A stretch of 64,000 nucleotides of DNA from Blepharisma stoltei ATCC 30299 (lineage: Eukaryota; Protista; Ciliophora), in the NCBI GenBank assembly GCA_965603825.1, contig CBFDEM010000001.1, positions 434,001 through 498,000 on the forward strand, read 5' to 3'. A program made the translations under genes and the position numbers. Below, in pieces: positions 34,492 through 48,894 of this stretch (position 1 is its first letter; every line of letters starts with the position of its first letter). A model generated the notes under the pieces. The model had not been told where the DNA came from, did no database searches, and saw only the letters and a program-made list of their open reading frames with translations.

Positions 34492-35148
34492 TTAATAATA
34501 ATTAATTTATTTGGGAAATTAGGATTTAATTATACTGACATTAATATCAATTATCATATTCAATTAGATTGATGCCAGAAAGAAAATAAATTATTTTGGA
34601 ATTATTAATTTCTGAGAGAAAAATAAATTAATAAGTCAATTAATTTTTAATCAGATTTATAAAAATGCGGTCTGTGTTATCGCAATATGGCAAATGAAAT
34701 TCTATTGAAAGTCACAATTTATTTTCTTGAAAAGAAAATTCTTAAATTTATGTTTTTTTATTTTTTTGGAAAGATTGAGACTCAATTTGCATTTTTAGAG
34801 ATTTCATTGCCATTATTGAAGAATTATTTTTTAATTTTAGACCGACTGAATTAAGATATTATAAATAATGATAATTATATCAGGTTATTTATTTTAGTAA
34901 TTCTGTTCTTGATGGCTTGAGCATATGACAAAACATTCGCATTTTAGATTATCTTTAATTTTTATATAGCTCGCAGCTTAATAGGACCTTTTTAAAATAT
35001 CACAGATTTGATAATCAGAATACGCCATTAAAAGAGGGTAATTCCTTCTTATAATAAGATGAGAATTAGTAGAAATATAATTTAGAGGGTAAATAGATTT
35101 TAATTCTATCAATATTAATAATTTATATCAATAATTTTATCGTCAAAA

Positions 35149-36384
35149 TTATACTTGATATTTCAATCTTCTTCTACCATAGTCTTTCCATAGCCCTGTA
35201 AGTTCTTCTCTAAGCTTTTTATTTTCATTTAAAAGTTCTTCATAATCCTTTTCCCCACCTCCGATTTTCCCTAATTGGTCTTTTAAATCCTCATTTTGTT
35301 TCTTAAGCGTGAAAATTGACTGTTCGTTTATTTGCAATTTTAAGTCATATTCTTTTCTTAATTCTTCCATCTTTTTTTGAGAATACTTCTTATGCTGCTC
35401 GCCTTCAACTAATTTTGCTTCCACATCTTTCATGCAATTTTCGAATTTTTCTGCATATGCATTTTTCACAGTATTTAATTGTGTTTTAAACACGTCAATT
35501 AATTTTTCTTTGAAGTTTTCCATTGGGTTTACCTGGGTCTTCAATGAAGCCATTTCTTGCTGCAGCATAAAAATTTGTTTTTCCGCATTTTCTTTATACG
35601 ATATAAACTGTGTTTGCAGTATGATTAAAGCTTTATCATATTTCTGGGCTTGTTTTCTTAATAATGCTTTTACTTCAGAATTTATATTTCTTGGTATATT
35701 ATTTTCTTTGTTTTCTGTCGAGCATTGCAAAGGTTTATCAATTAATACTTTGCATTGGGGGCCAATTATAGAGCTTTCATCAAGTCTTGAATATGTTTTT
35801 TGGTTTGCAACTGGGGAAAGCTGCAATGTATTATTTTCCCACTCTTTTTCTGCTTCCTGTTCTAGCATTTTAATTAGCTGAAAACTTTCGTCTTCTCCCG
35901 CAATTGTTACAGGCTGCTGATTTTTTGAAGAAATTTCACAGCCAATAGCTGAAAGATTGAGACTTGCCTGTTCTGAATCTTCTTCAAGAAGTGAGTCAAG
36001 TGGAAGCTTAGGGATTCTGGGCTTTTTCGAGTTCCCAAAAGTTTGAAGTTCTTCGTTGCTTTCTGGGTAGCCAAGAAGCCCGGACATATTTCGAGTCGCT
36101 TGTCGAGAAGACGAGAGAGGCTCAAACTGATGGTTCAATGCTTGTCTTGAGGTATATCTTTCACTTTGTTCGATACCAAAATTAGGTGTGCATGATCGCC
36201 TGCTAGTAGAAACTGGCTGCTTGGAATCGAATGATTTTACACTTTGAATGGAATTCTCAAGAATATTGTGATCGCATCGGTAGGCGCGGGGCTGAGAAAG
36301 ATCGCGGTGCTGAGAAGAAAGCTTTGATGTATTTATTGACTGATTTTGAGTGAGCATAACGCTTTTGCTGTGAATCCCGGACAT
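35149..36384 (-). CDS. Hypothetical protein with disordered N-terminus and C-terminal coiled coil
   Basis: 411-aa uninterrupted ORF. Confidence 0.75.
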   Translation of the reverse strand: MSGIHSKSVMLTQNQSINTSKLSSQHRDLSQPRAYRCDHNILENSIQSVKSFDSKQPVSTSRRSCTPNFGIEQSERYTSRQALNHQFEPLSSSRQATRNMSGLLGYPESNEELQTFGNSKKPRIPKLPLDSLLEEDSEQASLNLSAIGCEISSKNQQPVTIAGEDESFQLIKMLEQEAEKEWENNTLQLSPVANQKTYSRLDESSIIGPQCKVLIDKPLQCSTENKENNIPRNINSEVKALLRKQAQKYDKALIILQTQFISYKENAEKQIFMLQQEMASLKTQVNPMENFKEKLIDVFKTQLNTVKNAYAEKFENCMKDVEAKLVEGEQHKKYSQKKMEELRKEYDLKLQINEQSIFTLKKQNEDLKDQLGKIGGGEKDYEELLNENKKLREELTGLWKDYGRRRLKYQV

Positions 36385-36565
36385 TATTTGAATTTAATAA
36401 ATTCATAAAAAGATGTTAAAAAAAGTCATCAAATAATTTTATGATTTTTTTTAAAAATCTAGGTTTATTTGCATTGTGAAATATTTATACACAAAAATCA
36501 TAATTAATCTTATGCTAAAAGAATTTATATCCATATTTCTCTTTTTACCATAATAATTTCTTTAT

Positions 36566-39500
36566 ATGCTGAGATTAAGCCGACTCCTGAGGCTTCAATC
36601 CACTATAAAGACTTACTCTAAAGAAATCATCAAACAAATGAGGAGTGAAATCGATGCAAAACTAATGAAAAGTAGAAACTTAGAAATGGGAAGCGACATT
36701 CTTGCCCATGAAAATCTTAATTTATATCAAAAAGTGTATGGCCTATCTGTTTTAGATGAGAAATATGCAAACAAATCTCTTGAAGGAAACCCAAAAGCGA
36801 TCTATAAAGTCTTCGATCAAATTAAACAAAACATCAAAAGTCTAGACCCTTTAAGTCTATTAGAGTTTACCCAGTTTCTTTCTAAACATTGAGAAACAGA
36901 GTTATTCCGACTAAATAAAGATATTGACAAAAAAAATCTCATAGATCAAACAAATGAACTGTTTTCATCATTTACTGCCTCTCAATTGATTTCTTTATTT
37001 AAAAGCTTAAATGACATAAAAGTCAACATCAAGATGTTAAATGATGAAATAGAAAAGATAGTTATTATGTCACCTAATGATTTATCTGTAAAACAAATTT
37101 CTGAAATTATTTCGGGATATGGGAATAGAAACTTTACCACATACAAGTATGTTTTAGATGTGCTACTAGAAAGATTATCAAAGTTCAAAATTTCTGAAAT
37201 TGATTGTGATTCTGCGCTGAGGATTCTTGAGGCTTTGACTTTTGCATATAAAAATGCTTATAACAAAATATTGATAAATGATTTTTTAAGAATTTTGGAG
37301 CCATCTATGAGATATTGGAATGATTATCAGCTGCTTTCAGCTGCATCTATTTTGAGCAGGATAGAGCTTGTACCAATAAAACTAACTTATTCAGTCTGGT
37401 CAGAAATTTTAAAAATTTTAGAGGCAAATGAAAATTTAGACATTAGCTTTCATATTAAAGTTCTGAAAATAAAACTGCAAAAAGATAGGATTAGCCCATA
37501 CATGGAATCTTGCAAGCTTGCACTTGATTTAGCACTCAAAGCAGAGCATATAGGAGAAAATGATTATTTACAAATTTTAGAAAGTGCTAAAGCCGAATTA
37601 CTCTCCTATGAAAATGCTCTTTTATTAAAAAGTCATTTAAAAAATATTCAGTTTAGGCGACCTCAAAACTTTTTCAAAGTAATTAAATATTCATCACTTC
37701 TAACATTCCAAAGTGATGGGAAAATCTATTCGATGGATTCTTTAATATCACTTTTCGATCTTCCTTTGCTTTCAAGCAGCAGCATTCCTGATAATTTTTT
37801 TGAAAAAATTATGATATTGGACAACATTTTAACTACAAAAAATTACGAAAATAAAATTCTCAAAAAATATGCAGACGATATTCTAAATCAAATATCTATG
37901 CAATGCTCAAACGATTTTTGGATTAAACAATTTATTACAGCATATAATAGATGCTTTGATTTTGAGCTGTCCACAGCTACCATACAATTTTTAAAACCTC
38001 TCAATAAAATGATGCAGAGCTCCCTTATTTCACAAATAATTGGTGATCCTGATGATAAAACCTTATTATGTGCGATAAATGTTCTCGGCCCAGATTCTGA
38101 AGAATGGCAACATTTCAAAAAAAAATATGACCCACTCTTTACTCAAAATCAAATATACCATGCAATTGAGTGTCTCAATAAATCATTTGCAAAAATCAAT
38201 GAAATACTATCTATACCAGAACTTCAATCGCCAGGATTATTAAAAAGTGCTGCTAGCAAAATACATATTGCAACTACAAAGGAATTTAATGATTTTTTGA
38301 TTATTTTAAATAAATATCCTGCAAAAGAATTTATAAGCAAAATCAATTTAATTTTAATACCTGAACTTTCGCATAAAATTTCGCTGGAAGGAGACTTATC
38401 ATTGATGTCTGAGTTATTTGAAAAATGCTCTACTGAAATATACCAATTAAATTCCAGTGAATTTAAAAATGAAGCGATTTGACGATTTTTGTATTTAATG
38501 GCACAAGCACAAAAATTAAATGAGAACCTTGCCAATAAAATTATTTCAAATACTGACATAAATTTTAAACAAAAACATTATATATATCCAGTAATTCAAG
38601 CAGCTTCAAACCAAGAAAGGGTCGAGCAATTGCTAAAAGAGTCTCTGCTGAAAGGTACGCAATTTCAAGAGCTCATAAATGCCATTAAAGAAATACTTGC
38701 AAACCCCAGAAAAGAATTTATTGATGAAATATTAATCAATGAAATAAATAAAAGACAGTTTAATTACTCAAATTTCGACCTATTTTGTTTTAATAGGGCC
38801 CTACAGACTTTAGAAAATCGTAAGCAAGAATATAAAAAACTATTTGACTGTTTAGTTAATTTATTTGTAGATGCTGTGAATAAAAATATAAGAAAACTGG
38901 ATATGAATGAAGTAGTAAACTTATTTGAGTTAATAAAATATGATTGATCTGACAAATTAAACTGAAATGGCATTTCTGAACACTTAATATCAGGTCCAGA
39001 GAGAGACAAAATAGTAAACTGAAACCCTACCTTTACAAATAAATTAGTTCAAAGCGGATTTTATAATAAGACGATTTTTGATATCTTGCTTAACGGAAAG
39101 CTCATGAGATATAACGATCCATTTTATGGGCCCGAACATCTTTCATGTCTAGCAGATATAAAGCCAATGATGAGGCATAACGACAATGGAAATGCCATCG
39201 CTAAAAATTTAATTGATGTAGCAACAATGAAAATGATTACCTTTAGAAACAATATTTCCACGATAAAATGATTATATGGGATTATGAACTTTAAATCACT
39301 TGAATCAGAAATCGAAAGGCATTACCTAAATTCTAAAGAATTTGAAATAAAAGAGCTCACATTTAAGCATATTTTAGTTGAAAATTATATAGCCTTAAAC
39401 TGCTCATATTTAAAGCCAGACCTTGATTTGCAACATTGTTTTGACTTTTTAAGCTATTTTGGATTCAATAGAGGCTTACTTAGTTCATATAAATTACTGT

Positions 39501-39772
39501 TTGAGAAGGGGGGTTTTGAAGTAAAAGAAAATGAGTTTGTTAATAATATCTGGGTTCCTCTTTATTTAGTGAAGAAAAGAATTGCTTTATGGCCTGTTTC
39601 CAATAAAATTTGGTTTTACGGCACAAATGTATTGAGAGGAGAGTTCTGTATGCATAAACAGCATATCAAGCAAATGTGTGAAAATGTGGCTTTTCTACCT
39701 CAGTATGAAGAAAATATGGAAAATGCTGATCCCAATGAAATTTTAAAGAAGTTCAAGCTGAGAATAGAATAA
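36566..39772 (+). CDS. Probable mitochondrial helical-repeat protein with degenerate C-terminal RAP-like domain (1068 aa)
   Basis: Five ORF pieces share one frame, separated only by TGA. Presequence-like MLRLSRLLRLQSTIKTYS. C-terminal EVKENEFVNNIWVPLYLVKKRIAL...LRGEFCMHKQHI resembles RAP. Confidence 0.65.
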
Positions 39773-39803
39773 GTAAACTATTATTAGATATTAAATTTTT
39801 GTG

Positions 39804-42800
39804 TTAGTCATGAACTTTCATTTCTTTCATAAGAATTGATTTTGTGATAGGTTGTTTTGATTGTTTATCTTTTTTCAATTTTTTGTAAAAACAAATAACT
39901 GCTATTGCAATTAATAAGATTGCAAGTACCGCAAAAGTAAAAATTCATCATGCATAATCACCTTCTTCTACTGGCTCTTGTCTTTTTATCTTTAAAAGAG
40001 TTGAACGTATTGATCCATTTTCGTTATTTACTGTGACAAAAATATCAAAAGCATTACTTCCTCATTCATTAATCATAGAATAATATTGATTTTTACTCAA
40101 CTTTTTAATAGTAAGTACACTTGGGTTGATCCGAAAAGTTTTGAAATTGTCATTAACACTTTCAAGTGCGATAAATGTATTTGCATTAATAAATATAACT
40201 CTACCAAGATAGTTCATTGAATGAATATTTGATAGATAAACATTTGAGACTATTGAGGAGACTTTGCTTGTATTTAAATCTCAAACCCTTATATAGTTGC
40301 TATCGCTGAGCATCTTTAAAAATGAGACAACGTACTGTAGGTTATCAGAGCATATAAGCTCACTTACTTGAGTAATAAATTCAATAAAAACAGAGCTATA
40401 AGAATTATATAAAGCCTCGAGATTTAGTTCAGTGAAATTACTGATTAAATATTTTTTCAAGTTGCTCTCCTCATCAATAGTAAAAAGAAAATCTCCACAT
40501 ATACCTAGCGTGCCAATGTAGTTTAATTCATTTTCAATTTTTATATTTTTTATGACTTTGGATGAGTTTCTTTGGCTAGTCTCAACTATTTTAATATTTG
40601 AGGGATGCTCTCCAAAATATCAATATACTTGATCGTCATTTTTTACCTTAAAGTCCATGAAATACGGAGAAAATGATACCAGAGATAAAGTAAAAAAATT
40701 AATTTTCTCAGTAAGAGTTAAAGTCAATTCAGTTATGTCCCAAATTCCTCTTACTCTTATTAAGTTTTTATTTTCGATACTTATTGAATCATAATCATTT
40801 TTAAATAGAGTCATTATTTCAAATAATGAGTCGTTAATTGTTGCAAGTTTAAGGTGAAAAATATCATAGTCAATAGGCATTTCTTTTAGTCTAATAATTT
40901 TGAAATTTATTGTGTCTAATTCAAAAATTATTAATGAGTAAAGTGAATATTTGTTGATGGATATCCAGCCAGATTGGGGTATTTCTTCTTCAAAAGTGTA
41001 AATGCATGATACCGAAATAAGTAATAGCCCATTTTTCATGTATTTAAAATTATCCATATGCTTGCAAATGGGATTTTGATACTTAGTATATTTATCAATT
41101 TTTATATTTCATGAGGCTACATAGTTCGCTGAATTTATCACCGTAAACCCTTCATCTGATAAAATTATTGAAAAGTTTGTATTCGGGATCATCATATAGT
41201 CATAGATAATGAGTCCATCTTTTGTATGATATTCACTAATTTTTTCTACTCTCTCTGCTATTTCAGCTGGACTTATCATTTTATTTTGATTTTTTTCGTC
41301 GAGTCCATTTATATTTAAAGAAAAATTCAAATTTTGCCCAAAAAATACTTGACTTAAGTCAACCTCAAAGGTTTCATCATAGCTTATTTCATTCGGTATT
41401 TGCCAATATGTAGATTTAAAGCGAGGATAAAATCCATTGGAATTTAAATTCAATGGTACGTCAATTGTTTTAATATCAAATTCATTATATGCAATTATTG
41501 ATATCAATATCGAATACTCGCTCTCAGTTAATAAGTGCGGTTGGACTGCTGTAATCATAACTTTGCCAACAGTTTTGCATTTATATAAATTGTTTTCAGA
41601 ATTGTTTTCACATGCCACTTGGTACATATCATACATTTTTTGGCCCTCTTGTTCATAGGCTATGCATATTGTATTTGGCCAATATTGTATATCAATAGAA
41701 ATGACATCTGATTTTCCAAGTTTTTTAATAAAAAATAGTGAATTTAAGGTAGGTTCAGAGAAATCATATATCAGTAAATAATCAGCAATATGAAGATAAA
41801 GTAAATTATAAGTTGCACATGCTTGGATGACATTTCCTGTAATAAAAGTTTTTAAAGTTTTATTAAGAGTTGTTGGATATGTATAAATATCAACAGATTC
41901 TTGGTTGATTAAATATATGAAAGTTTCTGAAGCAACAATTTTTTGAAAATGTTTTAGTAATTTTACAAGACTAATATAATAAGTTGCATCAACTATATAT
42001 ATATCTGTAATCGATATTATAATAATTTCATTTTCTTGATTAAGAATATAGATATAGTGTCATTTAAAAAATGTGATATCTGTAATATTTCATGGCTTTT
42101 CATGAATTAATGAGGCATCAAATGAGGCAAACTTTACTATTTGAATTTCGTTGCAATAATATAAGTTTACTTGACTGGAATTAGCACATAGAAATAAATT
42201 ATTTCAAGATTTGAAGAATAAGCACTCTATATCTGATATAAAGCTATCAAAAGTCAGAAATTCACCATTTATAGCTAAAATGCTGTACTGTTTTATCGAA
42301 GGCTCAAAATATATAATTTGATAGTTATAGCAAGTCAAAACTTTCTTGGGATTTTTTATATTTATTGCAAATTCTCTAAAATTTCTAATTAGACCAAAAA
42401 TGGACTCATCATAAAAATAAATTTCCCATCCATTTTCAATTTGGACATCTCTAACACTGCTAGAAATAGTTTTTGTCTCAAGGTAGTGCAATTTTTCAAT
42501 TGGATATGCTTCAATAGTAAGATAGTCTACGTATGGCTCTTTAACAATAAAATTCAGATTTTGGCCTGAAAAATAATCGGTTGGATAAAGATAAATTGAT
42601 CTATTATTTCTTCATTCATAAAGAGAAAAATTTATAGGCACTACAGAGCTAGGCTTGTACTCATTAATATAATAAATCTCTTTTGAATTCTCAGGAAGAG
42701 AAATTACATTCATAGTAGATGATAATGACGACATCTTTGATGATAGCTCTGTTGCTTCAATATTAAGAGTATGGTTTGAATCTCCCCAAATTGTTAGTGT

Positions 42801-44072
42801 CCATTCTTCAATGACCATAAGAAATATTCTTATTCCATCTTTATCTCTCCTTACGTAATATATATTCTTAGTTATCTGATCTTCAAAAATACCAACTGTT
42901 CCATGCATTTCAAAATCTTTTCCAATTTTTTCTTTTAAATCAATATCTGATAATCTATATTTTGAAGTAGAGCCAGATATTATTGATAAGATTGATGAAG
43001 CCTGAGCAATATAGTATTCTTTGGTTTGTTGAAATAAACTAAAAGACAAATATTTTCCATGAATTTCTATATTTGGTATCATTTCAATTATTCGACTTGG
43101 GCTTTCCACAATAAAAATTCCTGCTTTTGTGTTTATATATATATACTTATTTTTAGATTCAATGGCAATTCATGGTACAATAAAAGGGCTTAAATATTCT
43201 AGGCTGATAAATCCTTGCTCTCTGAAAAGCCCATCTTTCAATAATAATCTTTTAAAAAATATTATCCCTATGTTGGCATCAATAACGGTAAAAAATCAAT
43301 TTTCTCTCATTAAAACGTCTAAAACCTTCATATTTTTGTCTGGGAAAAGTCTGTATTTGTTTATCTTTTGTAAAAGTATAGGGTTATATATTTTTTCAAT
43401 ATTATAAATGTTGAGAGTATTGACATTATCTATTTCAAAATAAATAGGCAAGCAATATGCTATAGATCCAGAGCCTATTATGATTTTTGAGGAATATGTT
43501 ATTTCACTTATATTTACTCATAATGGATATTCATTTATAAGATTTACCAGGTTAAGCACATAAATATCATTCCTTCATATCAATTTTTCATCAAAATTCT
43601 CTTGCTGCCTGACATGTATTAGCAGATAGTAAAAAATATATGAAGGTGTAATCAATCTAATGTCCTCTATATATGTGTTCTTGTACTGATTTTCGATTTT
43701 ATAATTGTATACCACAGTATAATTTTGGAAAAGAAATGAAAATTTGTAAATAATTATTTCATTTTGGAAAAAATCTGCTATTAACTCATCACCGTTTTGA
43801 TTTCATATTAAAAATTGCTTATCTTGAGCTTTATATGTTTGATTTAAATTCGGAATAAAAGCAAAAAGCTGCAAGTCAAATTTGCTATTCAATTCTGGTT
43901 TTTTATTTAATGTGTTTGAACCAGAAAGTGAGAAAGTTAAATTATTTCCTTCAAAATAACGTGATAGTGGGAACTCTACAAATTCTCCATTTGTCAAATA
44001 TATATCTCCAAAGTTTTCCAAAAGATTCAATGATGAAGCCAAGGATCAAAGGAGTCAATAAATTTTCCACAT
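39804..44072 (-). CDS. Large beta-rich type I membrane surface protein (~1422 aa), paralog 1
   Basis: ATG at 44072 with signal peptide; all ORF pieces are in one frame; three L-S-x-YF-x-G-x-NL-type modules; C-terminal TM YA[TGA][TGA]IFTFAVLAILLIAIAVICFYKK. Not every linker was checked codon by codon. Confidence 0.78.
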
Positions 44073-44202
44073 TAAAATTATAAAATCAACAAAAATGATT
44101 TTTCGAAAAAATCCTAATAAAATTTTTATCATATATCGCTCTCAGCATTATTTAATTAATAATCTAATAAATTAGAAAATTATTTTTAAGATTTATAACT
44201 CT

Positions 44203-47200
44203 TTATTTTAATCTAAATGAATTAGTTTTCTCCTTCTTTTCTATAGGCATCCTTCTAAAACTTATGACTGTAGAATTGGCTTGGCTATCTTTATTTTTAG
44301 CTGTCAAAAAAACATCAAATGCATTTGTTCCTCATTCTTCAATCATTTCATTATATTCACTTTCATTTAATTTTGGAATGTATAGCATAATAGGATTTAT
44401 TTGAATAGCCAAAAATTTATGTTTACGAACAACAAAAAAAGTGTTTAAATTCATAAATTTCACCTCATTTATTTCTGAAAGCACAGCATCATTATTTATC
44501 TCAATATCGTGCACGTGAGAAGAAGAAGGATCTGCTGAAGTATCAATTATTCGAACTGATAAACCTATGCCATTAAATAAGTATAAAGCTACATATTTTC
44601 CATCTGCTGAGCAAGCTACTCTTGAATATGATGAAGTTAATATATGGTTTAAATAGTATTCCTCTATTAATGCTAACTCAGAATAGTTTTTTATTGAGTA
44701 TTTTTTGAGGGATTCATCAGCGATATATAAATAGTTACCACAAACTCCTATTGAGGTAAAAAATTTTAACGATTTTATAGGAAATCCTGTGATAATTTCT
44801 AAATTATTTTCATGTGCTTTTAAAACTCTTAAGCCGTATGCCACGTCTAGTATATATCAATAAGCTGTTTGTGAATCCGCAGCAATTCCATCAAAAATGC
44901 ATGAACGAAAGCTAGGTAATTTTAAGGAGGCAGAGCTGATTATTTCTACTTGTTGGAGCTTTATATCTCCCAATATTCATGAGCCTCGAAATCTTAATAT
45001 TTTCTTTTCGAAATTTATATTTGTGTAAGACTCTGACACCAAAATTTCGAAATTTGTATTATCTAAAGTAAGAGTTTTTAAGTTTACTGGGCGATATCCT
45101 AAAGGGAGCGATTTATATGATTTTATTGCAAATAAACTATAGTCAAATTCCCATAAGATTAATAGTTTTTTCATACTAAATATGCCAGTATCATTAAGTG
45201 AATAAACTTTATGCTCACAAGTTGTCACAATAAGCGTATGAGAGTTTTTAGTATGCTCAAAATTGTCAATCAAACTACATTTTAAGCTATCAGCATTAAA
45301 AATTTCTGATAGATTAAGAGAAATGCCTTCGCTATTATTTTTCGTAATTTGCGTAAGAATTAAAGCTCCATCTGATGTAATGACTTGGATATCAGCTCCA
45401 GATATCAGAATATAGTGACACAAGATACCAGAAGAATTATAATGCCCAGTAATTTCAGTCCTTTTGTTTACATAAGCTGGAGCTAGAATTCCATTTTGAT
45501 TATCGACATATCTATCATTTACATTAAGAGCCATCTCAATCTCTTGTCCATTAAAAAGATTACTTAAATCGATTTCATAGTGATCATTATAATCAATCTC
45601 TTTTTTAATGCTTAACTGGCTGTTTTCATTATATCAAATAAAAGCTCCATTTACAATTAAATTCAGATTTAAATCAATACTTGACTTAGAGTATTCATTA
45701 TATGCTATAACCGAAAAATCTTCTTGGTAAATCTGATCAATCAATTTTTCAGGAGATTTAGCTGAAATTGATACTTTAGCCGATTGCTTTTGAATATCAA
45801 AGATTCTATACATTTCATAATACTTTTCTTCACAAGCAGGATAATATATCATAAATTCAAAAGCCAAATTAAATAAATTAGCTTTGCTAGTATCTATAGT
45901 TGAAAAGTAGCTGTTTTTTTCTAATTTCATCTCTAAAAATAAAGCATTATGAACGGGCATATCGATATTGTAAATAAGTAGTGTTTCATCAAACTGTATA
46001 TAAAGATAATTATTAGCTAAAGAGGTATGCAATACATTCAAATTTTTTTCGCATTGAAAGGTTTTCACATAATTCAAAGGATAATCAAAAACATTTACAG
46101 TCCCATTTTTTCTAACCATATATTAAAGACTTTTGAAAAGATTTTGGATAAATAAAAATTTCATTTAAATTCCATTGAAATCCTTCTTTGAAGTTTTCTC
46201 CTGCTAAAGTAATTCATTTTTTAGAGCTGTAGTCTAAAGCTAAATAAATATCAATTCGCTTTCGATCAGAACATACAAAAAACATGAAATTAATATCATG
46301 CTTAAAAATAGAGCATTCTGTTTCAGACTCCCAAGTTTCTATAGCTGAATAATCCTTTAACATATAAGATGATATCATAGGAATAGACTCTTGAGTTTTC
46401 CAATATATTCATGCATATTTCTCCGTGCTGACAATATTGATTGGCTTGGTGATATTTCAAATTTCTTCTCTTGTTATTTCTATATAGTCTTTGTAGTAGT
46501 GAATTATTGAAGCATCTTTGTACTCGACTCATAAAGTTTCTTTAGGAACTGTAACTCTTTTATACAGCTCAACTTTATTTGGAATACTGATATTATATGA
46601 AAATAGAGCAGAATTAGAAGGTTCTATCGTGTAGCTTAAATTTGGACCTGAAAAATAAGATCTAAGCGGAAACATTATTTCTTTGCAGTGTGCATCAAAA
46701 ATTAAAGAAATAGGCTCAACTATTGCTGGCCTATAATTACTAATGGGAATTATATTTTTAGATCCAAGTGGGATTGAAAATATGTTTAGAGAATTCGATA
46801 TAGAAGAATCATTTTCTTTAGCTGTTATTACAGCTTTGAAATTTGAATTTCCTGTAATTTTCAGTTTAAAAGGTTCAAAATTTAGAGAGAACTGTCTTAG
46901 CCCATCAATATCACTTCTCACGTAAAAAATTTCATCATCAGGAAAATTATTTATAATCATTCACATGCCTCTGGGATTATAAGTATTCCCAATTAAATTA
47001 TCTATGTTTATATCTATTAGCGTTTCCAGTGGGCTGTTTATATCTATAATCGATAAAATAGATTCGTTTTTATGGACATAGCTTGCCATAAAATAATCAT
47101 CATATAATTGAGAAAACAATGTCTCATATTTTATTTCATTATTTTCTCTGTTTGGAATTCATCTTTTTACGTCTCCTCCCATATGAATTAAAATACTACC

Positions 47201-48175
47201 TAGGCTGGTCCGAATATTTATTAGCTCTACTGGCATATATTTTCCACTCAAAAATCACATTGAAATTAAATCTCCATAAGATCTAAGGTCAACAAAGTAG
47301 TTTTCTCTTAATTTGCGTGGAAAAATATTAGCATACGTCAACAATCCAATATTTTCATCGAGAACATATATCTGAATCATTTTGTGCAAAATGCCTTTAA
47401 CTGATAATTGCTGATCTGGAGAACTAAAGCCAAAGTGCTTTGTGATGTTGAAACAATTAATTGGGTGATAAGGATACGTGAAATCATAAAAGTAAATTGT
47501 ATTTGGAATATTTTCGTTAAGAAATTCGGCATAAAGAGAAATTTCCAGAGAACTTTCTCCATTGCTCATAACAATTTTTGAAGCATAAGTTAAAGGGCTT
47601 AACTCGAGCAGGATAGGCTCTTCAATTTCTAAAGCATTTGTGGCTTTTAAGATATAAAAATCATTCCTCCATTTTAAACTTTTATCTATATTTTCTTGCT
47701 GCCGAATATATATGAGAAAAATCAGCTCATTTTCACTTTTGATATTTTGAACATTTTCTATAGTTGGGCTAAGAAATTGAGTTTGAATTTTTGCTGCATA
47801 GATTAAGGTAATATTTCTTTCGCCATGTGGAATTTGATATATATAAATATAATTTTGATAGAAACTACAGAAAACTAAAGAAGTTTTCAAATTCCAAGAC
47901 TTGTAAGATTGGTCTGCCAAATTGAAAGAATCATTGCTAGCTTGAAATTTAAAAGGTAGAAAAGAAAGCAATTTAAAGTTGATATCACCTTTAATTGAAA
48001 TTTCGTCTTCTTTACCGTCTGTTTCAGAGATCTGATAAGTTAGATTATTCCCGAAAAAATAATCAGATAACTTAAGCTCATAAGTTTCGCCTTCAGCCAG
48101 ATAGAGATCGCCAATATTTTCTTCAAGGTATATACCTCGTACCAGTCAGAAAAGAGATAAGATATAAATCATCAT
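44203..48175 (-). pseudogene. Surface protein paralog 2, frameshifted near 46120 and lacking the TM anchor
   Basis: Homologous to paralog 1 (GDLYLAEGE/GDIYLTNGE; RQQEN..WRND; WGTNAFDVF/WGSNAFDIF). In-frame TAG at 46112-46114 with homology continuing in another frame. Confidence 0.65.
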
Positions 48176-48300
48176 TTTCTTCACCAGCAATAATTATATT
48201 AAATAAAAGACAAAATTAAAAAATCTGATTAACTGGTCTTGAAAAAACTACAAAAACTTATATTAAAATGTAAATATTAATATATCAGCAAAATTTTCTC

Positions 48301-48894
48301 ATGAAAATGGAAATAAGATCAGGTCTCCCCAAATATTCGGGGGCATTTCAACCTAATGCATTATGTGGAAGAATCGGAAACATCAATGGTTTTTTATTCA
48401 ACGGAAAAGGGATGCCAAGACTTTGCTTAGGCCCAGACTGTAAAATCTATTTAGGATTATATTTTTTAGGCTTATTAATAGCAATGATTGTTTTAATTTG
48501 GGTTTTCATCATTATTATTGCTCCTTCTAACTATATAGCTTATGCAGGAGAGCTGATATTTGCTTATTTAATCATTTGCTTCTTACTTGCTTCATTTTTG
48601 AACCCAGGAATTCTTTTTAACCCTCTAGAAGACGAATCAGTAGACTCAGAGCCAAGCAATAAAAGTCGAAGGTTTTGCAAAATCTGTGGACTATTTCGAG
48701 CTGAGAGAACAGAACATTGTGATCAGTGTGGGGTTTGTATTGATGAATATGACCACCATTGCCCTTGGATTAGTAAATGTATAGGAAGAGGGAATATTAT
48801 TTTTTTCTATGGATTTTTAGCAGGACTTGTGATTACTGTGATTTATATGGCTCTGACGATTGCATTCTTATCAAATGGCACAGCGAAACAATAA
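48301..48894 (+). CDS. DHHC palmitoyltransferase (short form)
   Basis: FCKICGLFRAERTEHCDQCGVCIDEYDHHCPWISKCIGRGN; NPG; probable intron 48440-48454. Confidence 0.92.
   Translation: MKMEIRSGLPKYSGAFQPNALCGRIGNINGFLFNGKGMPRLCLGPDCKIYLGLYFLGLLIAMIVLIWVFIIIIAPSNYIAYAGELIFAYLIICFLLASFLNPGILFNPLEDESVDSEPSNKSRRFCKICGLFRAERTEHCDQCGVCIDEYDHHCPWISKCIGRGNIIFFYGFLAGLVITVIYMALTIAFLSNGTAKQ
48440..48454 (+). other. 15-nt in-frame intron
   Basis: GTAAAATCTATTTAG; splicing yields GPD-(T|GA=W). Confidence 0.72.

Noticed and set aside
46112-46130. 19-nt GT..AG segment (minus strand) whose removal would restore the frame of surface paralog 2
   Set aside because: It starts GTC, lacks the -6 A and is longer than all other introns here; the missing ~45 aa favours a deletion. 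RNA-seq would settle it.
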